DNA from: a plasmid
Length of the DNA: 64,000 nucleotides
Sequence record: CP071152.1
Direction: 5' to 3' (one strand)
In this document: positions 9,432 to 18,319 of the stretch, in pieces
Layout of the letters: every line of letters begins with the position of its first letter
How positions within the stretch are numbered: position 1 is the first letter of the stretch
Position numbers and translations under genes: made by a program
Notes under the pieces: model-generated
The model's input: the letters and a program-made list of their open reading frames with translations, nothing else
The model's database searches: none
Told to the model about the DNA's origin: nothing

Positions 9432-9743
9432 CTAAAAAAGCGACCAGGCTGGGCTGTCGTCAAGTTCGATCCGCTCCACCAGTTCAAGTGGCCCGTGGTA
9501 AGTGTGGCCATCGTCATCGTCCAGCACTTTACAGATCCCGGCGTCTTCATCGACAGAGATCACCACACCTTCTCCGTAGTCAACCCGGTCTATCGGGTAC
9601 CAAACCCGCTGGCCAATCCAATCCTCTTTCATGTGCTTCTCCTCATCATCCTGACACAATCCATCAAACTGCAAATCTGAACAATCATATCGCCAATTTG
9701 ATTGGCTCAACTTGGCGGCCATTCTTCTATTTAATACCGGCAC
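9432..9743 (-). CDS. Possible small acidic protein; first 28 codons lie inside a 337-bp direct repeat
   Basis: 103-aa ORF. The N-terminal 28 aa are identical to ORF 10405-10710 because of the duplication. The remainder is acidic (DDEEKHMKEDW...DDDDGH). Coding status uncertain. Confidence 0.3.
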   Translation of the reverse strand: MPVLNRRMAAKLSQSNWRYDCSDLQFDGLCQDDEEKHMKEDWIGQRVWYPIDRVDYGEGVVISVDEDAGICKVLDDDDGHTYHGPLELVERIELDDSPAWSLF

Positions 9744-9980
9744 CTTTATCCATGGTCAGAACTCATCTTTCGACATTCGTGCCGTTGGCGCATTTCCGTT
9801 AATTACGCCATATAGGGTAACGGTATAACCTTGGCCAATGACCTGCCCCGCATCCGTCATGCGTTCCTATAAACGATGTGGCGGAAATTTATTCATTTCG
9901 CCGGTAATAAGGTCTTGGAAGCGGACCTCATACTCGCCTGGTGTAAGCTGTTTAGCAGTGAATGAGCCTAATGCTGGAAT
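9644..9980 (+). repeat. Direct repeat copy 1 (337 bp, near-identical to 10611-10947), containing a 3' fragment of the 10723-11310 gene
   Basis: Read directly: catcatcctgacaca...gctggaat is shared by both copies with only a few mismatches. The offset is 967 bp. Confidence 0.9.
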
Positions 9981-10073
9981 GTGATCCCCTTGCCAACGCA
10001 TAGATTCACCGCATGAGCCGTGGGGGACTTGGCTGCCAGGACTGCAACGGCAATTACGCTATGTCTGATCATC

Positions 10074-10616
10074 TTATTCATCACAGCCATCCCCCCTCGG
10101 CATGACTGCGGAATGCCCGCTGGCGGCAGCGTTAAACCGGGCATAGGCCTTGAATCGCTCTTCCGTGTTGACGGAATATTTTTCCACCTCCCCGGTCTTT
10201 TCGTCGGCATCTGAGCCATACCGTGAGTAGATGCACCATATAGAAGCGCTAGAATTTCTCATACCATCGAGGACAGCTGTGGTATCCGTCGTATCCAGCA
10301 GCAGCAGGTTCCTGAGCATCCTGTAACCCTGTCTCAATGCCTTTTTCTGGGGTTCAGTATCTGGTAGTGAGTTGATGTAGGCGTCCAGGTCATCACGTAC
10401 ACCATTACCATCCACATCCGGACCTGCTACGTCTGCATCGCGGTTTAACTTTGGCGCGGTGCCATCGGCATCCATTTTCAATAATGCCTCTCGCACACTG
10501 CTTGGGGCCGCCGGGGGCGTTATGACTGAATCTTGCCCTGTGTCGCCATCTCCACCACCACAGGCGTAAAGGCCCGCCATTGAGAGCACCAGTAGTGCCG
10601 CTCTGGTCAACATCAT
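10074..10616 (-). CDS. Putative lipoprotein (signal peptide with lipobox, Cys at ...LSMAGLYAC GGG), Asp-rich
   Basis: Start at MMLTRAALLVLSMAGLYACGGGDGD. The mature protein is rich in D/G/T with DADGTAPK and DVDGNGVRDD motifs, suggesting calcium-binding-like repeats. It sits between the two 337-bp repeats. Confidence 0.6.
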   Translation of the reverse strand: MMLTRAALLVLSMAGLYACGGGDGDTGQDSVITPPAAPSSVREALLKMDADGTAPKLNRDADVAGPDVDGNGVRDDLDAYINSLPDTEPQKKALRQGYRMLRNLLLLDTTDTTAVLDGMRNSSASIWCIYSRYGSDADEKTGEVEKYSVNTEERFKAYARFNAAASGHSAVMPRGDGCDE

Positions 10617-10947
10617 CCTGACACACTCCATCAAACTGCAAATCTGAACAATCATATCGCCAATTTGATTGGCTCAACTTGGCGGCCATTCTTCTATTTA
10701 AAACCGGCACCTTTATCCATGGTCAGAACTCATCTTTCGACATTCGTGCCGTTGGCGCATTTCCGTTAATTACGCCATATAGGGTAACGGTATAACCTTG
10801 GCCAATGACCTGCCCCGCATCCGTCATGCGTTCCTCTAAACGATGTGGCGCAAATTTATTCATTTCGCCGGTAATAAGGTCTTGGAAGCGGATCTCATAC
10901 TCGCCTGGGGTAAGCTGTTTAGCAGTGAATGAGCCAAATGCTGGAAT
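10611..10947 (+). repeat. Direct repeat copy 2 (337 bp) overlapping the intact 3' end of gene 10723-11310 and the start region of the lipoprotein gene
   Basis: Same as copy 1. The two copies bracket a 630-bp unique segment encoding a lipoprotein. Confidence 0.9.
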
Positions 10948-11310
10948 ATAAAATTGACGGACAGGGAAATTACCCTGCACGGTATGGACAACCACCCTCA
11001 CAAATACATCGTGTTCTTTTCGGCTATTATCAATAGTGATTGATGACAGCCCTCCGACATTAAGAATTTCGAAGCCTTGAATATATGCTGCTGTAGTTGG
11101 CCATGGAAAGCCACTCGGAGCCGTGGACGGTCTATTATAATTATTTAATAACTTGTCAAAGTACCCATTAAATGAAAATGACCCGTTCATAAGTTTTATT
11201 TGCGTGTCGGGCTGGCGCATTACTGATGGAAAGCTAAATATCTCGCTGACCATCCAAACAATTACAACAAAGATAATGGCTTTGCCATAAGTGGAGGTTT
11301 TTCTCATCAT
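10723..11310 (-). CDS. Hypothetical N-terminally membrane-anchored protein (start MMRKTSTYGKAIIFVVIVWMV, SD AAGAGGGAG upstream)
   Basis: 195-aa ORF after trimming to the Met with a good SD. Single N-terminal TM helix. No recognisable catalytic motif. Its last 75 codons are duplicated in repeat copy 1. Confidence 0.55.
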   Translation of the reverse strand: MMRKTSTYGKAIIFVVIVWMVSEIFSFPSVMRQPDTQIKLMNGSFSFNGYFDKLLNNYNRPSTAPSGFPWPTTAAYIQGFEILNVGGLSSITIDNSRKEHDVFVRVVVHTVQGNFPVRQFYIPAFGSFTAKQLTPGEYEIRFQDLITGEMNKFAPHRLEERMTDAGQVIGQGYTVTLYGVINGNAPTARMSKDEF

Positions 11311-11574
11311 ATTCCACTCCCTCTTCTCCAGCTGCACGAACGCTTGCAGCCGATGAGCTTTGCCACGATGGCCGGACATCACTCCCCGCCTGGCACATTT
11401 TCCTTCGTGGACTTCTACAGCATCCCACTGAGGTTGTACTGCTGGCCAATGATCGGCTGATGGCCTGGGTTAAAGAATACTTCAATATATCCCCAGAGAA
11501 TAGATGAAACCGTTTTTAAACGTCAAAAAATGCGCTACTTTATGTCCATCGACAACACTGAGAGGCTACGAATC

Positions 11575-12621
11575 ATGAATCTCCATCAGGGACAACGAGC
11601 TGTTACCCTCTGTTGTTTGCTCGCTGCTGGTACGGCAGCTGCCGAGACGGTCACGGTGGAAGCGGTAACCGATGTGCGACCAGGTGAGACACAAGAGCAG
11701 ATCGTTGCTCGCATGACCCCTCAATTGCAGGACATGGCGCTCAAGCAGCAGCGCGGCACCATCGCCCGGGTGACCAGCTTCAAGGGTGATAAACAGACTC
11801 AGGAGTTGCAGCTGGTTCAGGCCGGGATCGTGGGTAGCAAGGTGGTGGCTGCCTATGCCGTCGGCACCGATCAAATGCGCGTCGCCATGGCCTTCGATCT
11901 GGATAACAAGACCGGGCAGGAATTTGGCAAGCTGACCGCCCAGAACGCGACAATGAAAGCCCACCTGGGGGAGCTGGCCGACGCTGCGAACACCAATCCG
12001 GTAAGCAACACCGCCCTGTCCGATGCCGCTGCGGCCAAGTACGCTGCCTTGCAGGCAATGGCTGGCAACACTGCCACCATTCGCAGTGGACTAGCCACCA
12101 CCGAACTGGGGAGCAAACTGGCGCTCGCAGCTGGTCCAGAGTGTCACAAGCGGTACGATGTCAGCCAGGTGTCGGACATCAAGATAGAACCAGGCCTTCA
12201 AGAGACGGTGAGTGTCAGCGCCACCGTCAAGATCGTCGGCCTTGTCGATGACTGCGAGGTGAAGAGCTTCAAGCTGGGGGCCTGGGTCGGCAAGACCCGG
12301 ACTATGAGTAGCGTCAACTTCCGTAAGACCTCTCATATGGCCCCGACGATGTCTGACACCAACCGTCTCATGCCGCGTGAGTTCGGCCTTACCGGGGTGA
12401 CCATCTACGACATACCGTTCTGTAACCAGGATAACGACAGCGTCCGCTGCCTCAAAACCGATACCACGGCACGTAGTTCCGAGCTGAGTTGGAGCCACCG
12501 GATCAGCCAGATTGAGGCAGACGGCAGCGGTGTGACCCTGACCTACCGGATTGATGGTATCCCCAACAGTCAGTTGGCAGACAACGACGAGGTGGTGTTC
12601 AAGGTGATCCCGAACACCTGA
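11575..12621 (+). CDS. Hypothetical secreted protein (signal peptide MNLHQGQRAVTLCCLLAAGTAAAETV)
   Basis: ORF with a signal peptide when started at 11575 (SD GAGAGG upstream). Ala/Thr-rich N-terminal half and Cys-containing C-terminal half. A terminator follows. Confidence 0.6.
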   Translation: MNLHQGQRAVTLCCLLAAGTAAAETVTVEAVTDVRPGETQEQIVARMTPQLQDMALKQQRGTIARVTSFKGDKQTQELQLVQAGIVGSKVVAAYAVGTDQMRVAMAFDLDNKTGQEFGKLTAQNATMKAHLGELADAANTNPVSNTALSDAAAAKYAALQAMAGNTATIRSGLATTELGSKLALAAGPECHKRYDVSQVSDIKIEPGLQETVSVSATVKIVGLVDDCEVKSFKLGAWVGKTRTMSSVNFRKTSHMAPTMSDTNRLMPREFGLTGVTIYDIPFCNQDNDSVRCLKTDTTARSSELSWSHRISQIEADGSGVTLTYRIDGIPNSQLADNDEVVFKVIPNT

Positions 12622-12635
12622 TAACCGCAGAGATA

Positions 12636-12667
12636 AAAGGAGCCTAAATCACAGGCTCCTCTTTTTA
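12636..12667 (+). terminator. Rho-independent terminator (AGGAGCCT-aaatcac-AGGCTCCT + TTTTT)
   Basis: Perfect 8-bp stem with a 7-nt loop followed by a T-tract, 15 bp after the stop of 11575-12621. Confidence 0.7.
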
Positions 12668-12885
12668 CCATCAACCTCCAGCCCGCGTAGCCGCCGGATC
12701 AGCCTAAATCGGCGGTGCTTCCAATGTACCGCCCTTGAGGCCCCCGCCGCCGCGCCACAGGTGCCCATCGTTAGCCACATGAAAGGACTGTAGCCACTGA
12801 GGATCACCCCGCCACCCAGCCCCATCAACCCGCCGATCAGGGTGGAGCGAACCACATCTCGCACCACAAAGTTCACTCGACGCAT
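12649..12885 (-). CDS. Possible small glycine-zipper membrane protein
   Basis: N-terminal 50 aa are hydrophobic and Gly-rich (LIGGLMGLGGGVILSGYSPFMWLTMGTCGAAAGA). The 3' end reads through the terminator hairpin, so the true extent is uncertain. Confidence 0.25.
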   Translation of the reverse strand: MRRVNFVVRDVVRSTLIGGLMGLGGGVILSGYSPFMWLTMGTCGAAAGASRAVHWKHRRFRLIRRLRGLEVDGKKRSL

Positions 12886-13048
12886 TCAAGTCACCTAACA
12901 ATCCATTGCCTAAGCATGATCGTTGGCCATAAATGAGACTGGCTGCAAGTGAAATTTACACAGATGCAACAACAAATGGCTCCGCGTGGGGAGCCCTCGA
13001 CTTAAAGGCGGGTTCTGGGGGCGATCAGCTATAGGATCAGCGGGTAAC

Positions 13049-13972
13049 TCAGTAGGCGACCTCCCGCGAAAACGGCTTGGGCAACGCCTTGTAGGCCCTC
13101 ACATCATCGGGAAGCGTTGGGAATACATCAATGCCCGACAGCCGAGTGAACTCGTCGACACTCAGCACAGAATACGTCTCATCGTCGCCGTTACCGACAA
13201 CGTAGACCCCAACCATCCCGGCCTGTGGACTGTACACCGCCTTGTAGAGATTTGATGGGATCGCAATGCTGGTATTGCTGAGATACCGGGGTGCGCCGAG
13301 GTAGAGCGGTCCTGTCACCACATGGGTAGTGCTCTTGTGTGCAATGTGCCGCACCGCCCGCTCGATGTCAGCGAATACGCCTCTGTTAACTTTTGGGGAC
13401 TGCGGGACGACATTCGATAGCAGGAACGACTCATCCTGTGCAGCCTTGCTGCCAAAGTCAGCTGCGGCGGCGAGGTGGCCACGGTCCCACCCAGATTGGG
13501 AGAAGCTGTACGAGGTCGCCCGCACTTCAACCGGCAAACGGTAATCCTCACCAAACTCAACGTGTGATCGCGTGATCTGATCGGCCCTCTTCATCTGCGC
13601 GGGCGTCAACCGCTCCACCGCATAGAGAGGCGACATAGTTACTTCTGAAACAAGAACGGCATACTCCCGATTGCACAACTCGAAGAAGCGCCCAGATACA
13701 GGCCCTAGAATCTGGGGCTCGCGCTTTGTCAAATAGAGCTCCGGGCACTCGGTAGCAAGGGGGGACAGAGAGACGGCGGACATCAGCAGCGGGCCAAGCA
13801 CCCGGAGAATACGGCTCAGACGCCGCGTAGTGGGCTGGCCGCACACGCTACAGGTGTCATCTTCACCGGCTTCCACAATCCCATAGCAGCACTTACAGAA
13901 CCGCTCATTAGCCCGAGGCTGGCACTGGTTCTTTGCGCCTGTAGCCACGTTATTTAAGTCCGCCATTGCCAC
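13049..13972 (-). CDS. DNA/RNA non-specific endonuclease (DRGH beta-beta-alpha-Me family) with an N-terminal zinc-ribbon and a signal-anchor
   Basis: Catalytic motif DRGHL is followed by a conserved N (SNVVPQ) typical of Serratia/EndoG-type nucleases. The N-terminus has a Cys cluster (CKCCYG...CSVCGQ) then the hydrophobic segment ILRVLGPLLMSAVSL. Confidence 0.75.
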   Translation of the reverse strand: MAMADLNNVATGAKNQCQPRANERFCKCCYGIVEAGEDDTCSVCGQPTTRRLSRILRVLGPLLMSAVSLSPLATECPELYLTKREPQILGPVSGRFFELCNREYAVLVSEVTMSPLYAVERLTPAQMKRADQITRSHVEFGEDYRLPVEVRATSYSFSQSGWDRGHLAAAADFGSKAAQDESFLLSNVVPQSPKVNRGVFADIERAVRHIAHKSTTHVVTGPLYLGAPRYLSNTSIAIPSNLYKAVYSPQAGMVGVYVVGNGDDETYSVLSVDEFTRLSGIDVFPTLPDDVRAYKALPKPFSREVAY

Positions 13973-14046
13973 CGCCGTAAAATGCCTGTATTTGTCCTGT
14001 CATGCTACATTAATATGATTTACTGGAACAACCAAGGGACACCTAA

Positions 14047-15792
14047 ATGTTATCAGCAGAGCAAATGCAGATCGCCAATGCCGTCATGACCCGTAGCGGA
14101 AACAACCTCGCCGTCGCGCTACCAGGATCGGGCAAGTCGACCACCTGCATCGCGGCGATTGTCGATCTATTGAAGGCAGACCGTAAGGCCAGACCATGGA
14201 TGGTGACCTTCACCAAGGCCGCTGCGGTCAGCATCAGCAGCAAACTCAAGCTGCTGCTGAGCAAGAAGGATTTCGATCGGGTCGGCGTCTCGACCTTCCA
14301 CGCAATCATCGGCGAGCAGTACCGGCAGTTGCCCAACGCCAAAAAACTCCTCCTTGGCCCAAAACAAAACATCACCATTGCGAACTCCATGATGGACGAT
14401 GGGTTCTTTGGTGATTTTCAAGAAGCCAAGCAGACCATCGACCGAGAAACCCGCAACCTCGTATTGAGCTCGCTCTCATCCATTACCCGCGCCTACATGA
14501 GCAGGTGCGAGAGACAAAATGACACTGACTACAACATCGCTTGCCGGGAGGTGGTGCTGGGGTTACGTGCTGACAAGGTTCGCCGCCTGAACGTTACCCA
14601 TATGATCGTCGATGAGTTCCAGGATACCGATGAGGTGCAACTGGCGTGGCTGTGGGAGCACGCTGCACACGGGATCAAGGTGACCGCCGTCGGCGATGAC
14701 GATCAGAGCATCTACTCGTTCCGGGGCGGCCTCGGCTTCAAGATCATGAGCATGTACACCGAGCAGTTCGCGGCGCAGACCTACTACCTCTCGACCTGCT
14801 ATCGCTGCGGCACCATGATCCTCAAAGCGGCGGGGCGCACGATCAGCGCCAATACTGGCCGCATTGCTAAGGCGATGAACGCCGCTGCCAAACACCCGGG
14901 CCAGATCTCCATTGTCACTGCACCTGACAGTGAGATCTCCTTCCAGGCCGTTAGCAACTCCATCATGAAGCACGAGGGGAGCTGGGCGGTACTGAGCCGA
15001 AATGGGCTGTACCTGGATGTCATGGAGCTCAAGCTGCGAGAGGAGAACATCACCTGCAAGCGCATTGGCGGACAGTCAATTTGGGACAAGTCTGCGGCGG
15101 ACAGCATGTTGCGACTGTTCAAGATGGCACTCCATGGCCGCACGGATCAGAACTCGCACTATGCGTTATCCTACATGTTCCAGATGGACCACGACGAGGT
15201 CGATGCGTTCACGGACATAGGCCGGTTAAGCCTGGCTGAGGCAACGCTTAACCTGCAACCCGGGCTCATCAAGAACGCATTGCTGATGGTACTGGCGGCT
15301 CACGGCGACACGGATGACCTCGCCAAAATGAACAAGTATTGCCGAGACATCAAGGACACCCTGAAAAAGCTCCCGTTCGAAAAGGGCGACTTTAAGACCT
15401 GCGAGACCGTCATTGGGTTCGTGCTCGCCGCAACCGGTAGTTGGCACACCAGGCTGCACTATTTCGTCGACAAGCTCGATGCCATCAAGCAGAAGACCGA
15501 GCTGACCCTGGAGCCCACTGTCGTGACGCTGGCCACCCTGCATGGCGCAAAGGGATTGGAATGGGACAACGTCGCGATCATCGGCTGCAACGACGGGGTG
15601 CTGCCTTCCAACAAGTCCGATACCCCTGAGACGATAGAGGAGGAACGCCGCCTGATGTATGTCGGGATGACCCGCGCCATTCACCGGCTGGAGCTTCATT
15701 CCCACGCCAAACCCTCCATCTACCTGAACGAGCTGGTGCTGGATCAAGCCTTGACGATCACACAGATCGCCCTCAAACCTGGCGATGTATAG
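14047..15792 (+). CDS. UvrD/Rep-like superfamily 1 DNA helicase (581 aa)
   Basis: Motif I is GSGKST, motif II is DEFQDT and motif III is GDDDQSIYSFRG. The C-terminal motifs V/VI are LATLHGAKGLEWDNV and YVGMTRA. Divergently transcribed from the nuclease gene with a 74-bp spacer. Confidence 0.85.
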   Translation: MLSAEQMQIANAVMTRSGNNLAVALPGSGKSTTCIAAIVDLLKADRKARPWMVTFTKAAAVSISSKLKLLLSKKDFDRVGVSTFHAIIGEQYRQLPNAKKLLLGPKQNITIANSMMDDGFFGDFQEAKQTIDRETRNLVLSSLSSITRAYMSRCERQNDTDYNIACREVVLGLRADKVRRLNVTHMIVDEFQDTDEVQLAWLWEHAAHGIKVTAVGDDDQSIYSFRGGLGFKIMSMYTEQFAAQTYYLSTCYRCGTMILKAAGRTISANTGRIAKAMNAAAKHPGQISIVTAPDSEISFQAVSNSIMKHEGSWAVLSRNGLYLDVMELKLREENITCKRIGGQSIWDKSAADSMLRLFKMALHGRTDQNSHYALSYMFQMDHDEVDAFTDIGRLSLAEATLNLQPGLIKNALLMVLAAHGDTDDLAKMNKYCRDIKDTLKKLPFEKGDFKTCETVIGFVLAATGSWHTRLHYFVDKLDAIKQKTELTLEPTVVTLATLHGAKGLEWDNVAIIGCNDGVLPSNKSDTPETIEEERRLMYVGMTRAIHRLELHSHAKPSIYLNELVLDQALTITQIALKPGDV

Positions 15793-16280
15793 AATGGATG
15801 GATGTTACTTGACAGGATAGGTATACGCCCTTACTGTGGAGTCAACCCCTAGTCGGGTCCAAATAAAACCAGCGTCAAGCCGGTAGAAAGACACCAAGAG
15901 TTCCTTCGTGGACTCCAGAACAAAGTAAGCACCAGCCCTCCGGGGCTGGCCAAGGTAAAAACGCAGTCGCTCATCCAGCCACACTGCCAAGTCTGCTACA
16001 CGTACCTGTCTTTATGCGCTTTGCGCTTTCGAATCACCCCACGACCATGGATGTCCACAAGGGACACGTTGGTACCTGGGGTGGTTTGCTATTCCTGCAT
16101 TTCTCCATTCACAGCCAGCAACGCCGCCACAATCGAGTGGCTGACAGGCAACCGCGTTCCACACCGAGCGGCCTTTCAGCATGACTCATCCAGTGCGCGT
16201 TACATATGGTTCGGAGCAGCTTCAAGCATTCTCAACAGAGTTCTTGGAGCTGTACCGTCGGCGTGACCCTGGAGGGAAAT

Positions 16281-16373
16281 ATGTTTGTCCTGAAATACCT
16301 GGTCACCTACGTCACCGCTGCTTGGGTCATCTCCACCATAGCGGTCGGGCTCATCAGGTACTTACTCAACTGA
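16281..16373 (+). CDS. Candidate small hydrophobic peptide (30 aa, MFVLKYLVTYVTAAWVISTIAVGLIRYLLN)
   Basis: A strong SD GGAGGG lies 4 nt upstream of the ATG. The peptide is a single predicted TM helix of 30 aa. It sits ~250 bp upstream of the iteron array. It is below the ORF-track cutoff and was found by reading the sequence. Confidence 0.25.
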   Translation: MFVLKYLVTYVTAAWVISTIAVGLIRYLLN

Positions 16374-16624
16374 TGTTATCAAGGCCGTCACAAGCGGCAA
16401 ACTGAACTTGGTTAATGATTACCCCAACTGAGAAATCCCTTCTCCTATTGCACAAAATGCTTTAGCTGAACATTTCTCGCCAGTCGAGCTCAACTGGATA
16501 ATCTCGGGCGCACTGAAACTCACGGGTGGATGTGGACGGTCAAAATCTAAAGATGGAGACCTTGCAATACAGTGTTATGCGACTGTTCACGCATCTGCGC
16601 ATTTATGCGTTTAACGACCCAGTA

Positions 16625-16822
16625 CACCTTGCAGGCATTTCTTACTTTATAGATAAATACCTTGTAGGCGTTTCTTACTTTATAGACCAATACCTTTCAG
16701 GAGTTTCTTACTTTATAGACTAATACCTTGTAGGCGTTTCTTACTTTATAGACCAATACCTTGTAGGCGTTTCTTACTTTATAGACCAATACCTTGTAGG
16801 CGTTTCTTACTTTATAGACCAC
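16625..16822 (+). repeat. Six tandem 33-bp iterons (consensus TACCTTGTAGGCGTTTCTTACTTTATAGACCAA), presumed replication-origin repeats
   Basis: Copies start at 16625, 16658, 16691, 16724, 16757 and 16790. Three are identical and three are slightly degenerate. No spacers are present, so this is not a CRISPR array. A Rep/primase gene lies immediately downstream. Confidence 0.85.
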
Positions 16823-17067
16823 TTCCCTCTGGGACGGAGATATTACCATGTTCAATTCTATCAAGAATATTAGCGTCAGCTTTTTTACCACCATCGTTTT
16901 TAGTTTTGTGTGTGTAATGCAGTCTCTCTTTGCTTTCAGCAAGGGTAAGAAACACAAGCGTTATATCCACATTTCAAAAACACCAGCCGTCATCAATCTC
17001 TACGATGAGGGCTTTATGGATACCCCAGCATTCTTACGTTTGCAGGATAAATAACAAGGAGGTTTGT

Positions 17068-18165
17068 ATGTCTATCATTAAACAAGCACTTGACACTGTC
17101 AGTGCTCACGGTGGATGGGGTTCAGTATTTCAGCACTATCCTTCCGTAATGGTCGCAGCAAATCGAACCTTGTCGCAAGTGCCATGCCCCTTCACAGGTA
17201 ATGGTAAAACGAAGTTTCGACTCTATAAGGATTGGGAGCAAACAGGAGCAGGTTATCACAACGATTTCGGACGCATCGCGACCGGTATCGACATGATAAT
17301 GAAGCTTGAACCTGAATGCGGTAACAATCCTGGTAAAGCTGCAAAGCTGATCGTCAAGTTACTTGGTGGTTCAGCTGTTGCTACGTCGACTCCCAAGTGT
17401 GCAGTTACCCGCTGTGTACCGAAGATCGATGAACACGAGTTGAAGAGAATGAAAGGCACCCTCGACGCCCTGCTTAATCGCAGCGTTCCCAGTGCCAGAC
17501 ATCAACTCTACAAGTCGTATTGTGAAAGTCGTGGTATCCCTGCGTTTGCATGTAGTGATTTACGCATTGCAACCGGAGTATTTCACCGCGACGCGAATGA
17601 TGTAGTAACAAACAAAAATGCACTGCTTGGCATCATGAGAAAACCTAACGGCGAAATCATGACGGTGCATCGGATTTACCTCGATGAAAATGGACACGGG
17701 ATCAAGGGCAAAAATCGCAAGATGATGCTCCCTTCCCCTGCCCAGAAAGGTGAAGTCAATGGCTGCGCCATCCGACTCTCACCGACCAAAAATGGTCCTC
17801 GCGGTAACATCTTGGCACTCACAGAGGGTATTGAAACTGGTTTAGCTGTCATGGCCGGTTCGAAACTTCCTGTCTGGGCCTGTTACTCCTCAGCACTCTT
17901 AGAGTCTGTGATTATCCCCGACGAAGTTGAGAAGGTGATTATTTTTGCCGACAACGACTACAACGGAGGACAAGGACTGACCTCAGCAGAAGTATTAGCC
18001 ACCCGGTTAAGAGCTGCTGGCAAATGTGTACGCATCTTGGTGCCTATCGAACCTAACGGGTTAGAGAATATCACCAAGAAAGGAGTGGATTGGCTGGACG
18101 TATACAACCATTCACTCGCTGAGTTCAAACATCAGGTACGTGAGTGCTTGAAGCTAGACCTCTAA
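17068..18165 (+). CDS. Primase-type replication protein: primase-type zinc-binding N-terminal domain plus TOPRIM domain (DnaG-like catalytic core)
   Basis: SD AAGGAGG precedes the ATG at 17068. The N-terminus carries the primase Zn-binding-like segment CPFTGNGKTKFRLYKDW...GAGYH. TOPRIM acidic residues are present (ALTEGIETG ... IIFADNDYNGGQG). It follows the iterons. Confidence 0.75.
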   Translation: MSIIKQALDTVSAHGGWGSVFQHYPSVMVAANRTLSQVPCPFTGNGKTKFRLYKDWEQTGAGYHNDFGRIATGIDMIMKLEPECGNNPGKAAKLIVKLLGGSAVATSTPKCAVTRCVPKIDEHELKRMKGTLDALLNRSVPSARHQLYKSYCESRGIPAFACSDLRIATGVFHRDANDVVTNKNALLGIMRKPNGEIMTVHRIYLDENGHGIKGKNRKMMLPSPAQKGEVNGCAIRLSPTKNGPRGNILALTEGIETGLAVMAGSKLPVWACYSSALLESVIIPDEVEKVIIFADNDYNGGQGLTSAEVLATRLRAAGKCVRILVPIEPNGLENITKKGVDWLDVYNHSLAEFKHQVRECLKLDL

Positions 18166-18319
18166 TCCTTGGGACTGATTGCTTATTCTGCCCTGGTAGA
18201 ACAACTTTCAGTCACCCCAAGCCGTAATGTCCCTTCTGGACAATATCAATATTGTTTACCCACCATGAATCCATCTGGATTAATTAATAAATCAAGTCCA
18301 TCAGGACAAGGAGATTTTT

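Noticed and set aside
10405-10710. 101-aa ORF sharing its first 28 codons with ORF 9432-9743
   Set aside because: The shared N-terminus comes from the 337-bp direct repeat. After the repeat boundary this frame runs out of frame across the lipoprotein gene (Trp/Arg-rich nonsense), so it is not a real paralogue.
14047-15792. Gabija (GajA/GajB) assignment for the UvrD-like helicase
   Set aside because: No OLD-family ATPase/TOPRIM GajA-like gene is adjacent. The neighbour is a DRGH nuclease, so the system cannot be called Gabija from sequence alone.
16626-16822. 33-bp repeat array considered as a CRISPR array
   Set aside because: Repeats are strictly tandem with no spacers and sit directly upstream of a Rep/primase gene. 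They are iterons, not CRISPR. The minus-strand ORF 16697-16957 (VYKVRNAYKV repeats) is a translation artefact of the repeats.
18166-18319. Short ORFs and the 18284-18655 minus-strand ORF upstream of the AAA+ gene
   Set aside because: No SD or coding-like composition. They overlap the confidently called AAA+ ATPase gene on the opposite strand.
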